Part shown: in pieces, positions 43,290 through 52,465 of the stretch
Numbering within the stretch: position 1 is the first letter of the stretch
Layout of the letters: every line of letters begins with the position of its first letter
Assembly: GCA_963788655.1 (NCBI GenBank)
Contig: CAWBHS010000038.1
Span: 1 to 64,000, forward strand
DNA from: an uncultured Verrucomicrobiae bacterium
GTDB lineage: Bacteria; Verrucomicrobiota; Verrucomicrobiia; Limisphaerales; JAFGQR01
Direction: 5' to 3'
DNA length: 64,000 nucleotides
Made by a program: the position numbers and the translations under genes
The notes under the pieces: model-generated
Database searches by the model: none
What the model was told of the DNA's origin: nothing
What the model saw: the letters and a program-made list of their open reading frames with translations, nothing else

Positions 43290-43412
43290 AGGGTGCGTGG
43301 AGCTTGCTCCCGCTTTCGGTTGCTGGCGGGCGCACAACGAATTTTACCCCACGCGAAGGATTTGACGGTCCTTAGCCGCACGAAAGCGCCGGCAAGCCGG
43401 ACGCACTCCAAA
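43290..43412. repeat. REP pair (GGAGTGCG...GCTTT family)
   Basis: GGGTGCGTGGAGCTTGCTCCCGCTTT ... AAAGCGCCGGCAAGCCGGACGCACTCC; second copy at 50796-50917. Confidence 0.8.
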
Positions 43413-43531
43413 CGCTGGCGCGACGGGCCGGACGCCAAATCACATCTGACATCCAGCATCTGACCTCGACTAATTCTCCCCTGCCGCTTGCCCACGAGAG
43501 GCGATTGCGCTAAACCTGTTGGCACGGAATC

Positions 43532-44200
43532 ATGCTAAACAAACCGGTATCCAACGAAACTCTGTTGCAACAATTGCGCTGGCGTTACGCGGTCAAGAAA
43601 TTTGACCCGACCAGGAAGATCAGTGCCTTGGACTGGCAAACCCTCGAAGAAGCCTTGGTGCTATCACCCTCCTCGTACGGCTTGCAGCCGTGGAAATTCA
43701 TCGTCGTCACCCGGCCCAAAACCCGGGAAGAACTGCTGCCGGTTTCGTGGAACCAAGCACAGGTGGTGGATTGCTCGCACTTGGTCGTGTTTGCCATTAA
43801 GAAACACTTTGGCCTGAAACAAGTGGACGACTTTGTGCAACGCATGGCGGAAGTGCGCGGCGTGCCCGTGGAGGCCTTGGCCGCGTACCGGGGCTACATC
43901 GTGCAGGACATCATCGAGGGCATTCGCAGTCACCAGGTCAACGCTTGGTCCACGTGCCAGGTCTACATCGCCTTGGGCAATTTCATGACCAGCGCCGCGA
44001 TGCTGGGCATCGACACCTGCCCGATGGAAGGCATCGAGCCGGACAAATACGATCAAATCCTCGGCCTGGCCCGGCGGGATTTGGGCGCGGTGGTCGCTTG
44101 CGCCGCCGGCTACCGGGCCGCCGATGACAAATATGCCACGCTGCCGAAAGTGCGTTTCAAAGCGGAACACGTCATCGAACGCATTCAGCGCGAGGAATAG
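43532..44200 (+). CDS. NAD(P)H-dependent nitroreductase (NfsB-like)
   Basis: WRYAVKKFD, SPSSYGLQPW, GIDTCPMEG. Confidence 0.92.
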   Translation: MLNKPVSNETLLQQLRWRYAVKKFDPTRKISALDWQTLEEALVLSPSSYGLQPWKFIVVTRPKTREELLPVSWNQAQVVDCSHLVVFAIKKHFGLKQVDDFVQRMAEVRGVPVEALAAYRGYIVQDIIEGIRSHQVNAWSTCQVYIALGNFMTSAAMLGIDTCPMEGIEPDKYDQILGLARRDLGAVVACAAGYRAADDKYATLPKVRFKAEHVIERIQREE

Positions 44201-44306
44201 GATTGCGGATTTCGGGGTTCGATTTTGGTCCAGTCAGAACACGTTTCTTCCGACTTTAGCAAAGCCCTGCTCCATGCCCGCGTTTCCGTTCCCGCTGGTG
44301 CAACAA

Positions 44307-45506
44307 TTACATCTCCCGCAGCGCCGAGGCCACGGGCAACCGCGCGGCCCGGATCGCGGGAAACAAACCGCCCACCAGGCCGATCAGCGCGGCGTAAAGG
44401 ATGCCCTTGAACAGCAAGCCCGGGGTCACAGCAAAGGCAAACGCCACCTGGCTGAAGCTTTGCCAGTTCATCGTCGCCGCGCGAAAACCGTCAAACACCA
44501 AGTAAGCCAATCCCCCTCCAATCCCGCCGCCCAGCAACGCCAGTAGCAGCGATTCCAGCAGCACCGACATCACCACCGGACCGCTGCCAAAGCCCAGCGC
44601 CCGCAGCGTGGCAATCTCTCGCGTGCGCGCGGCGACGGCTGAATACATCGTGTTGAGTGCGCCAAAGACCGCGCCAATTCCCATCAGGCCAGCGATGATG
44701 GTGCCCAATCCGGCAATCAAATTGTAAACCACGCGCGATTGTTCCCAGTAGTATTCGCTCTGCCGGATCACTTTGACGTTCAACCGGGGATCGCTCATCA
44801 GCGCGTCCTTGAATTCAGCGAAGGCCGCCGGCGACCGCAGCCGCACCAGCACGGATTGAAAGCTATTGCCGCGATTGTAGGCGGATTGCAGCACCCGCGC
44901 ATCCGTCCAAATCTCCGATTCGGCCACCCCGCCGTTGGCCGCGAAGATGCCGACCACTCGCCACTCGTTACGGCCGACTTTCAACCGCGCGCCCAGATTC
45001 AATCCGGCAAACTCGTTGGCGGCGCCGCGGCCCACGATGATTTCATTGCGTCCCGGCTCAAAGCGCCGGCCTTCGATAAGCCGCAGGTCATCGCGCACTC
45101 GAAATGCCGCCGGTCCAATGCCGCGCAACGGCACGTTGGCGTCGGTGCCGGAGGAACGCATCGGCAAGTTGATGATGACAAAGAGTTCCGCCGAAGCCAG
45201 CGGTCCTCCCTCCGTCCACTTGACGCCGGGGGCATCGGCGATCAGGCGCGTCTGTTCGCCGGTCAGGAAACTCACCATCTCGCTGTCCGAACCGCTGCGC
45301 ATCACCACCGCCGCATCCGGGGAACCGGAAATGGTGAGCGCCTGCCGGAAACCTTGAGCGATGGACAAGGTGCCCACCAGCACCGCCACGACGCCCGCGA
45401 TGCCAAACGCCGCCGCGGCCGTGGCGCCTTTGCGTTGGGGAATGGTCAACAGACTGAACTTCGTGATCGAAGCCAGTTGCGAAAACCAATGGATCGGGCC
45501 GCTCAT
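44307..45506 (-). CDS. ABC transporter permease (MacB/FtsX family)
   Basis: ALNTMYSAVAARTREIATLRALGF, PAIRAARL. Confidence 0.9.
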   Translation of the reverse strand: MSGPIHWFSQLASITKFSLLTIPQRKGATAAAAFGIAGVVAVLVGTLSIAQGFRQALTISGSPDAAVVMRSGSDSEMVSFLTGEQTRLIADAPGVKWTEGGPLASAELFVIINLPMRSSGTDANVPLRGIGPAAFRVRDDLRLIEGRRFEPGRNEIIVGRGAANEFAGLNLGARLKVGRNEWRVVGIFAANGGVAESEIWTDARVLQSAYNRGNSFQSVLVRLRSPAAFAEFKDALMSDPRLNVKVIRQSEYYWEQSRVVYNLIAGLGTIIAGLMGIGAVFGALNTMYSAVAARTREIATLRALGFGSGPVVMSVLLESLLLALLGGGIGGGLAYLVFDGFRAATMNWQSFSQVAFAFAVTPGLLFKGILYAALIGLVGGLFPAIRAARLPVASALREM

Positions 45507-45508
45507 CG

Positions 45509-46663
45509 TCACGCTCTCCGCAAGGCATCCGCAATGCGCAACCGCATGGCTTGCACCGCGGGCATGATGCCGGTCACCAATCCCAGCGTGAGCGCCAGTA
45601 GCAACCCGGTCACTCGGTCCCGCGCGGGAAAATAAAACACCGGCAGCGCGCCGCGCGTGGGATCGCCCGTCGAAATGAACCACCAGGCCAAGCCCAATCC
45701 CAGCGCTCCGCCCAATACAGCGAGCAAACATGATTCGGCCAGCACCAGCGATAGCATTTGCCCGTTGGTGAAGCCCAGCGCCTTGAGCACGCCCAATTCG
45801 CCGGTGCGCTCACGGACGGATTGCGCCATGGTGTTGCCGGCCACGAGCAGAATGGTAAAGAACACCGCGCTCAGAATGGCTTTGATAATCAGCCCAATGT
45901 CGCCCACCTGCCGCGCCCAGCCTTGGAGAAACGCCTTTTCGGTTTCGGTTTTGGTTTCCGCCGAGGAATTGGCGAACTCTTCGTCAATCCGCTTCGCCAC
46001 GTCGGCGGCTTCGGCCGGATCGCGGACGCGCACCATGTACCAACCAACCGTCCCTTTGCCGAACATCCGGGTTTCCTCGAAGTAATCGTAGCGGAAAAAC
46101 AATTGCGTGGTATCCGTGCCTTTCGCCGCGCCATCATAAATGCCCACCAGGTCAAATTCCCAAGTGCGGCCGCCGTCGTTCTTCGTCCAGATTGTCGCCT
46201 GAATGGGAATGCGGTCGCCGACCTTCCAACCGAAGCGCTCGGCGGTTGCCCGTCCCACGATGGCCCCCGTGCGCGTGCGCAGCCAGGCTTCTTTCTGCGC
46301 TTCCGGCAATCGATACTCGGGATACATTTTGAGGAACGGCTCCGGGTTCACCGGGATTTGCGCGAAGAAGTTTTTGGGGTCCTGATAAATGCCGCCAAAC
46401 CAGGTTTCATAGACGGCGCTGGCCACTCCGGGCAAACGCTTGATGCGCGCCAGGTAACTTTCCGGCAGCAATTGCGCCAGGGAAACCCGATGCCGCACAA
46501 ACAAGCGATCCACCCCGGCCACCTCGACGCCGGCATTGAGGCCCACGCGGATGGCCGCCAGGTAACCGAAAAGGATAAACGCCACCACAATCGAAAGCAG
46601 CGTCAACGACGTCCGCAGTTTCTTGCGGCGCAGATTGCTCGCGATGAGGTGAAGAAATTTCAT
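45509..46663 (-). CDS. ABC transporter permease (MacB/FtsX family)
   Basis: NLRRKKLRTSLT, NTMAQSVRERTGELGVLKALGF. Confidence 0.92.
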   Translation of the reverse strand: MKFLHLIASNLRRKKLRTSLTLLSIVVAFILFGYLAAIRVGLNAGVEVAGVDRLFVRHRVSLAQLLPESYLARIKRLPGVASAVYETWFGGIYQDPKNFFAQIPVNPEPFLKMYPEYRLPEAQKEAWLRTRTGAIVGRATAERFGWKVGDRIPIQATIWTKNDGGRTWEFDLVGIYDGAAKGTDTTQLFFRYDYFEETRMFGKGTVGWYMVRVRDPAEAADVAKRIDEEFANSSAETKTETEKAFLQGWARQVGDIGLIIKAILSAVFFTILLVAGNTMAQSVRERTGELGVLKALGFTNGQMLSLVLAESCLLAVLGGALGLGLAWWFISTGDPTRGALPVFYFPARDRVTGLLLALTLGLVTGIMPAVQAMRLRIADALRRA

Positions 46664-46669
46664 GGAGTA

Positions 46670-47140
46670 GGGGCAGAAGTGCCGAACATTTTCTGCGCAT
46701 GGACTGCCGAATCGACCTTCACGCGGAACGGCCTCGAAGGTCGGAGCGCCATCCCTCTCTGTGGGTCGCGGTCGAAGGTGCTCCCTCTCCCCCGGGGAGA
46801 GGGCTGGGGTGAGGGGGAAGGAACCGTCCTGTTACTCGTGCCGCCGAAAGTCACTCTATCGTCCTCGTGGGGAAATCCCAGGCCAAGGCGCGGTTCGGAC
46901 ATCGCGTTTCCCCTCACCCTGACCCTCTCCCTCAGGGAGAGGGAACAGCCGGAGGTTCCACCGATTGATACCAACGTTCCCTGGGCATAGACCGCCGAAT
47001 CGACCTGCGGCTGGAACCGTCTTGAAGGTCGAAGCAGCATACCTCTGGCATCGGTGCCGAAGGTGCTCCCAATCACCCAAACGCGCCCGCTGGCTTTTCC
47101 CTCTCCCCACAACCGGGAGAGGGTTAGGGTGAGGGGTGAG
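46670..47140. repeat. Composite repeat block: CCCTCTCCC/GGGAGAGGG hairpins plus an ~85-bp direct repeat
   Basis: Hairpins at 46783, 46910 and 47099; GCCGAATCGACC...GAAGGTGCTCCC at ~46706 and ~46994. Confidence 0.8.
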
Positions 47141-47213
47141 AATAAAGTGCGGCACTCCCCATTCACCACGACCAATCCACCATTCACAATCGCCACGTTA
47201 TCGCTCCTTCTTG

Positions 47214-47927
47214 TTAGTGCGGTGCCTCGGTGACCATCTCGCCCTTGTACAAATGCACTGTCCGCGTCGCCCGCGCCGAGGCGTGCGGATCGTGCGTCAC
47301 CATGATGATGGTTTTCCCGTGCTGCCGGTTCAGTCCCTGGAGCAGATCGAGCACTTCGTCGCCGGATTTGCGGTCCAGGTCGCCGGTCGGTTCGTCGCAG
47401 AGCAGCAGCGTCGGATCGGTGACGATGGCTCGGGCAATTCCGACGCGCTGCTGTTCGCCCCCCGAGAGTTGTTGCGGGTAATGCCGGGTGCGATGGGCCA
47501 GTCCCACGACTGCCAGGGCAATCGCGACGTGCCGTTTACGTTGGGTGCGCGAAAGGCTGGTCAGCAAGAGCGGCAGTTCCACGTTACGTTCCGCCGTAAG
47601 CACCGGCATCAAGTTGTACAGTTGGAAGACAAAACCGATGTGCCGGGCGCGCCACGCCGCCAGCGCGCGGTCGGACAACCGATCAATCCGACGATGGCTG
47701 ACCGCCACCGAACCTTTGCTCGGCCGGTCCAGTCCGCCGATGAGATTGAGCAACGTGCTTTTGCCCGAACCCGAGGGGCCCATCAGCGCGAGGAACTCGC
47801 CCTGGCGTACTTCGAGGTCGATGCCCTCCAATACATGCACCGCTTCCGTCCCGCGGCGGTAATATTTCTCCACCTGCTGGACGGACACGAGCACGCCATT
47901 GCCGGCCTGGACGGTTCCTTCGCTCAT
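47214..47927 (-). CDS. ABC transporter ATP-binding protein (LolD/MacB-like)
   Basis: GPSGSGKST, LSGGEQQRV, LLCDEPTGDLD, VTHD. Confidence 0.95.
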   Translation of the reverse strand: MSEGTVQAGNGVLVSVQQVEKYYRRGTEAVHVLEGIDLEVRQGEFLALMGPSGSGKSTLLNLIGGLDRPSKGSVAVSHRRIDRLSDRALAAWRARHIGFVFQLYNLMPVLTAERNVELPLLLTSLSRTQRKRHVAIALAVVGLAHRTRHYPQQLSGGEQQRVGIARAIVTDPTLLLCDEPTGDLDRKSGDEVLDLLQGLNRQHGKTIIMVTHDPHASARATRTVHLYKGEMVTEAPH

Positions 47928-49138
47928 CGGGCCATTTCCCGCACGCGAACGCCATCCCGCAGTTTGTCCTGTCCTTCGACGACCACCAATTCTCCCGCCG
48001 TCAGTCCGGCCACCACCGGGACTTGTTCGTCGCGCTTGGCACCGGTTTCGATCAGACGGCGCGTGGCCTTGCCATCGTTGACCACCCAAACCTGTGAACG
48101 CTCGTCCGTTTCGTCCACGGCGGCCTGGGGCACGACGGGATAACGGTCCTCAGGGTTGGCAGGACCGGCGCGCAGGAAAGCAACTTTAACCGCCATGTCA
48201 GGCAGGATGCGCGGGTCCAATTTCTCAAAACCCACCCGCACTTTGACGGTGGACTTTTGGCGGTCGGCGGTCGGGATAATGGCGATGACTTTGGCTGGAA
48301 TTTTCCAATCCGAATAAGCGTCGAGCGTGGCCTCCACGGGTTGGTCTTCGGACACGCGATTGAGGTAGCTTTCGTTGACATCGACTTCGATTTCGAGCGA
48401 GTTCATGTCCACGATGGTGCCAATGCCAGTGCGGGTGAAGCCGCCCCCGGCGGACACCGGCGAAATCATCTCACCGGGCTGGGCGTTCTTGGTCGTCACA
48501 ATGCCCGTGAACGGTGCCCGAATAACGGTGTCATCCAATTGCTGTTGCCACAGGGCCACCTGACTCTGAGCCACGTCAATGTCCGCGCGTTGCTTTTCCA
48601 ACTGCGCTTTGCGGGAATTTACCTCGGCCTCGGCGCGATCCAGGTCGGACTGGGTTACCACGTCGTTGGTCACGAGCGAACTGATGCGGCGCAGTTCTTT
48701 TTGCGCTTCCTCCAGGCGCACCTGCGTTTCCGTCAGGCTGGCTTTGGTGGACTGCAATTGGGCGCGGGCAAGGTTCAGGCTGGCCTTGATATTGGCATCG
48801 TCCAACCGCGCCAACACGTCGCCTTCCTGCACGCGCATGCCTTCCTCGATCAGCAATTCCGTGACCTTGCCGGTGACTTTCGACGACACCGTGGCTTCGC
48901 GCCGGGCGGTCACGTAACCCGAAGCATTCAGGAGCACCCGTTGCTTGGCCGGATCGGGAGGCTGGACCGCAATCGTGCGCACTTCGACCGCGCGCCCATT
49001 GCGGAACCACCAAAACACGACCGCCGCCACGACCAGCAACAGGACCACAATCCAGCCCCAGCGCGCCTTGGACCGTTCCGGCTCGTCGTCGCCGCGGTCA
49101 ATGCGCAATTCATCCAGGGACGGTTTTTCCGTACTCAT
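47924..49138 (-). CDS. Efflux periplasmic adaptor subunit (MacA-like)
   Basis: TM anchor, ASGYV, V.EG..V..GDVLARLD, IRAPFTG, PTADRQK. Confidence 0.92.
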   Translation of the reverse strand: MSTEKPSLDELRIDRGDDEPERSKARWGWIVVLLLVVAAVVFWWFRNGRAVEVRTIAVQPPDPAKQRVLLNASGYVTARREATVSSKVTGKVTELLIEEGMRVQEGDVLARLDDANIKASLNLARAQLQSTKASLTETQVRLEEAQKELRRISSLVTNDVVTQSDLDRAEAEVNSRKAQLEKQRADIDVAQSQVALWQQQLDDTVIRAPFTGIVTTKNAQPGEMISPVSAGGGFTRTGIGTIVDMNSLEIEVDVNESYLNRVSEDQPVEATLDAYSDWKIPAKVIAIIPTADRQKSTVKVRVGFEKLDPRILPDMAVKVAFLRAGPANPEDRYPVVPQAAVDETDERSQVWVVNDGKATRRLIETGAKRDEQVPVVAGLTAGELVVVEGQDKLRDGVRVREMAR

Positions 49139-49266
49139 AAACCCGCATTGCTATCGGCAAAGCGCCTGGCCGTCAAGATTGCGGGGAAGTTCCGGTTCAG
49201 CCGCTCACCAAATTTCCGCGCTTTTGCGCTGTTCGTTATGCGGGCTTTGCGGCAAACTCTCGGGTT

Positions 49267-50613
49267 ATGAAAACCAATCTAACTCGTCGTTCTTTTCTCA
49301 ATCGCGCCGCCGTATTGGGCGGCGGAATGTTGATTGCCCCCTCCGGCGTCGTCAAAGCCCGGGCCGGACAATCGCCCAACGAAAAGTTGAACATTGCCAT
49401 GATCGGCACCTGGGGCCGGGCGGAAGCCCACTTCGGCGCCGTTTCCGGGGAGAACGTTGCCGCGCTTTGCGACATTAACGAACAACACCTGGCCGGCGCC
49501 GCCAAACGGTTTACCAAGGCCAAGACCTACGTGGACTGGCGCAAATGCCTCGAGCAAAAAGATCTGGATGCCGTCATGTGTTGCACGGCGGATCACACCC
49601 ACGCCTTTGTCGCCAACTGGGCGATGAACCGCGGGCTGCACATTTATTGCGAGAAGCCGCTGGGCAACAGCGTCGAGGAAGTCCGGGTGGTGCGCGCGAA
49701 TTATCTCAAGAACAAAAACAAACTGGCCACGCAGGTCGGCACGCAACGCCACGCGATTGAAAACTTCAACCGCGTGCGGGAGCTGGTGTTGGACGGCGCG
49801 CTGGGCCAATTGGAACGGGTGAGCGCCTGGGGCGACCGCCAGATTCCCAAGCCCGGCTATCTGCCCCCGAAAGGCAATCCGCCCGCGGGTTTCCACTGGG
49901 ATTTGTGGCTCGGGCCTTCGCCCTATCACCATTACAACCCGGAATACTTCTCCGGTGGTTCGGGGATGAACTGCCTGCATTGGAACATGTATTGGGACTT
50001 CGGCAGCGGCCAGGTCGGCGATATGGGCAGTCACACGATGGATTTGGCCTGGAACGCCCTGGACGGCGACCTGCCGACCTCCGCCGAAGCCAAGGGCGAT
50101 CCGTTCAATGCCGATGTCACGCCGGTCAAACTGGAATCGCATTTCGAGATCCCCGCCAATAACTGGCGACCCGGCATCCGCGTCTCCTGGTATCAAGGTG
50201 GCGCCATGCCGGAATCCCCGGCGCCCTACATCAATCTGCACAAGATCGGTCACGGCGCCATGTTCGAGGGCAACAAAGGCATCCTGGTGGCCGATTTTGG
50301 CTCGCGGGTGCTGTATCCGTTGGGCAGCCATGCCGACCTGACGTATTACCAGCCGCGCAAGAAGGAAGATCTGATTCCGGCGATTGGCAGTTTCCAGGGC
50401 CAATGGATCAAGGCCTGCAAAGGTAACCTCCAAACCTCCTGCAACTTTGATTACAGTGGGAAAATGACCGAGATGATGCTGTTGGGATTGGTTGCCTATC
50501 GCGTGGGCAAGAAGATCAATTACGATGGCGCCACCGGCCGCGTGACCAACAGCCCCGAGGCCAACGAATTGCTTCGCCGCGATTACCGGGACGGTTGGAC
50601 GCTTGACGGTTAA
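49267..50613 (+). CDS. Tat-exported Gfo/Idh/MocA oxidoreductase
   Basis: TRRSFL Tat motif, YCEKP, TQVGTQR, WDLWLGP, GDMGSH. Confidence 0.92.
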   Translation: MKTNLTRRSFLNRAAVLGGGMLIAPSGVVKARAGQSPNEKLNIAMIGTWGRAEAHFGAVSGENVAALCDINEQHLAGAAKRFTKAKTYVDWRKCLEQKDLDAVMCCTADHTHAFVANWAMNRGLHIYCEKPLGNSVEEVRVVRANYLKNKNKLATQVGTQRHAIENFNRVRELVLDGALGQLERVSAWGDRQIPKPGYLPPKGNPPAGFHWDLWLGPSPYHHYNPEYFSGGSGMNCLHWNMYWDFGSGQVGDMGSHTMDLAWNALDGDLPTSAEAKGDPFNADVTPVKLESHFEIPANNWRPGIRVSWYQGGAMPESPAPYINLHKIGHGAMFEGNKGILVADFGSRVLYPLGSHADLTYYQPRKKEDLIPAIGSFQGQWIKACKGNLQTSCNFDYSGKMTEMMLLGLVAYRVGKKINYDGATGRVTNSPEANELLRRDYRDGWTLDG

Positions 50614-50651
50614 CGCGGCTGATTCGCTCCCCGCACAAAAATCGGACAGCC

Positions 50652-50917
50652 GGTAACCGCCGACGTAAAGAGGCGGAGCGCGAGCATGATGCGTCGGCTC
50701 CGCCTCGTATTCTGAATAGGTTCCTTTATCCCATCGCTTTCCTTCGCTGGGAGGAAGGAGGGTTCACCGGGCGGAGGTAAGTCGCGCCCGCGTTGGGAGT
50801 GCGCCCGGCTTGCCGGCGCTTTTGGTTGGGGAGCGGCGGTCAAATCGTTGCGGGCACGGCCTGCTTCCTAACGCGCGGCGCCTGGCACGAAAGCGGGAGC
50901 AAGCTCCACGCACTCCA
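50652..50917. repeat. Cluster of REP-like elements
   Basis: GGTAACCGCCGACGTAAAGAGGCGG at 50652; GGAGTGCGCCCGGCTTGCCGGCGCTTT / AAAGCGGGAGCAAGCTCCACGCACTCC at 50796-50917. Confidence 0.75.
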
Positions 50918-51266
50918 AACGCTTCGCGAGGATTGGAAACCACCGACGCGGATTCACATTGGAACATGTAGGACCGGCGCCTCGCCGGTCGGTCGGTATG
51001 CCTCGCTCCCGCCGGCCGTTAGAGGACGACGCTCGAATGGTCCCCCTCCCCGGCGCCATTCAGAGCAACGGCGCGGCGACGTTGACTGCCTCCGGGGCGG
51101 ACGCGCCCCACGGACCAGAGAGTCCGGACCAGTTCCTCGGGCAGTTCGCGGACTGGATTGCCCTGCCCGTCTCTGCCATCCAGCATCTGGCATCGTTCAA
51201 CTTCCACCGCAATGCTCCCTCCATCACCCGCAGGCATCCATCGGGCGCATAAGGATGAATTAGGCG

Positions 51267-51295
51267 TTGACAATGGTGGCAAGATCGGGTGTTCT
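51267..51295 (+). promoter_or_regulatory. Candidate cassette promoter (Pc-like)
   Basis: TTGACA-17 bp-TGTTCT; -35 perfect, -10 weak. Confidence 0.4.
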
Positions 51296-51316
51296 TGTCC
51301 CTATGAAGACCCAAGG

Positions 51317-51400
51317 TTTTCTGCCTATCACGGTAAACGGCAACTTTTTTCTGCCTAATTCTGTTATTCCACCCGTTGGTACGCCTAAACAGCGTTAGGC
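51317..51400 (+). other. attI-like integron recombination site
   Basis: CGCCTAAACAGC-GTTAGGC; core complementary to GCCTAAC of cassette 1; no attC stem upstream. Confidence 0.65.
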
Positions 51401-51420
51401 AAAGCAAGGCGCATCAACAA

Positions 51421-51867
51421 ATGGACACCATCGCACTCAGCAAATTCGGCCATTCCGAAGAGGAAGCTGCAATTACGTTCATCATAAACGGACGCGACCT
51501 TATCGACATCATCTTCGACCATGGCGGCGTTGCCCTTGGCCTTCCACTTCAGGTGATTTGCCAAGAGGAACGGTTCACAGTATTCAACGACAGGATTTCT
51601 GTTCGTCCTGAGCGCTTGGCAGTGCTTGCATGTGAGCAGGGTTGGTCAGGTGTCACCGCGGCGACCGCTATGGTAAATTGGTCGGACAGCGCCGTTACTT
51701 GGTCAGAGCTTGCGTCAGCGTGGCGAGGCAAGCCCTCGTCGATTCCGCAGATTGGGCCTTTCGAGTTTGACCGCAAGCAATACGAAGGAGTGATGGCGAC
51801 AGGTCGCGAATTAGCCGAGAGTTGGAGAATGTCACATGGCCTTCAGTCCAGTTCCAAAATTGCCTAA
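51421..51867 (+). CDS. Cassette 1 hypothetical protein
   Basis: ORF fills cassette; stop TAA lies in the R'' box. Confidence 0.8.
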   Translation: MDTIALSKFGHSEEEAAITFIINGRDLIDIIFDHGGVALGLPLQVICQEERFTVFNDRISVRPERLAVLACEQGWSGVTAATAMVNWSDSAVTWSELASAWRGKPSSIPQIGPFEFDRKQYEGVMATGRELAESWRMSHGLQSSSKIA

Positions 51868-51957
51868 CCAATCGAGTCACCGAATGAGCGGCAAGCACGT
51901 CAGTTTTGAATTTGGAAGGCACCGGGATGCCGCTCATCGGTGCTCTCAGCGTTCGCC
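51862..51957 (+). other. attC1
   Basis: GCCTAAC CAATC GAG T CACCGAATGAGCGGC ... GCCGCTCATCGGTG CTC TCAGC GTTCGCC. Confidence 0.9.
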
Positions 51958-51963
51958 AGCAGT

Positions 51964-52413
51964 ATGATCGCGCTCGATCTTCAGACGTTTGAGCAAAGCC
52001 GTGAAAGCGGCACCGTGACGGGCGTGATCCACGTTGATTTGGAGTCGGGGGCATTTCCAGAGACGGGCTGGTCAGATTTCCCCGTGATCATTCTCAGTTG
52101 GTGGGCCGAGGCATTGCTCCAGTTGGAGACGCCCACGAGGCGCGAGGTGCTGTGGCGATTCATGGACGGCCCGCACAGTCTGACGCTCACAAAGGTGACG
52201 GGCCTCGTTCCAAGTGGCGCGCTGACATTTGGGCGTGTGGAGAGTGGTGTGCTTGAGGCAGCACAGCGCGTCGTCGCATACTGCGAGCAGCACGAGATGT
52301 TCAGCAAAGATTTGGAGACGCTGCGAGAGAATGTCCAGAGACTCAAGGCGAACCAGACGGTGCAGCGAACGGGAGCCAGCCGTTCGCTCACATTGAAATA
52401 CGACCGTCAGTGA
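51964..52413 (+). CDS. Cassette 2 hypothetical protein (reads into attC2)
   Basis: ATG 13 nt after crossover; FPETGWSDFPVIILSWW. Confidence 0.75.
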   Translation: MIALDLQTFEQSRESGTVTGVIHVDLESGAFPETGWSDFPVIILSWWAEALLQLETPTRREVLWRFMDGPHSLTLTKVTGLVPSGALTFGRVESGVLEAAQRVVAYCEQHEMFSKDLETLRENVQRLKANQTVQRTGASRSLTLKYDRQ

Positions 52414-52447
52414 CGGCTGGCTCCCGTCGCTGACCTTTACGTTCTGC
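52347..52447 (+). other. attC2
   Basis: GGCGAAC...CAGCGAACGGGAGCCAGCCG / CGGCTGGCTCCCGTCGCTG...GTTCTGC. Confidence 0.9.
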
Positions 52448-52465
52448 GGAATCACGTGCGAATCC

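Noticed and set aside
50920..51282. Integron integrase or remnant upstream of the array
   Set aside because: No tyrosine-recombinase motifs are visible in any listed frame.
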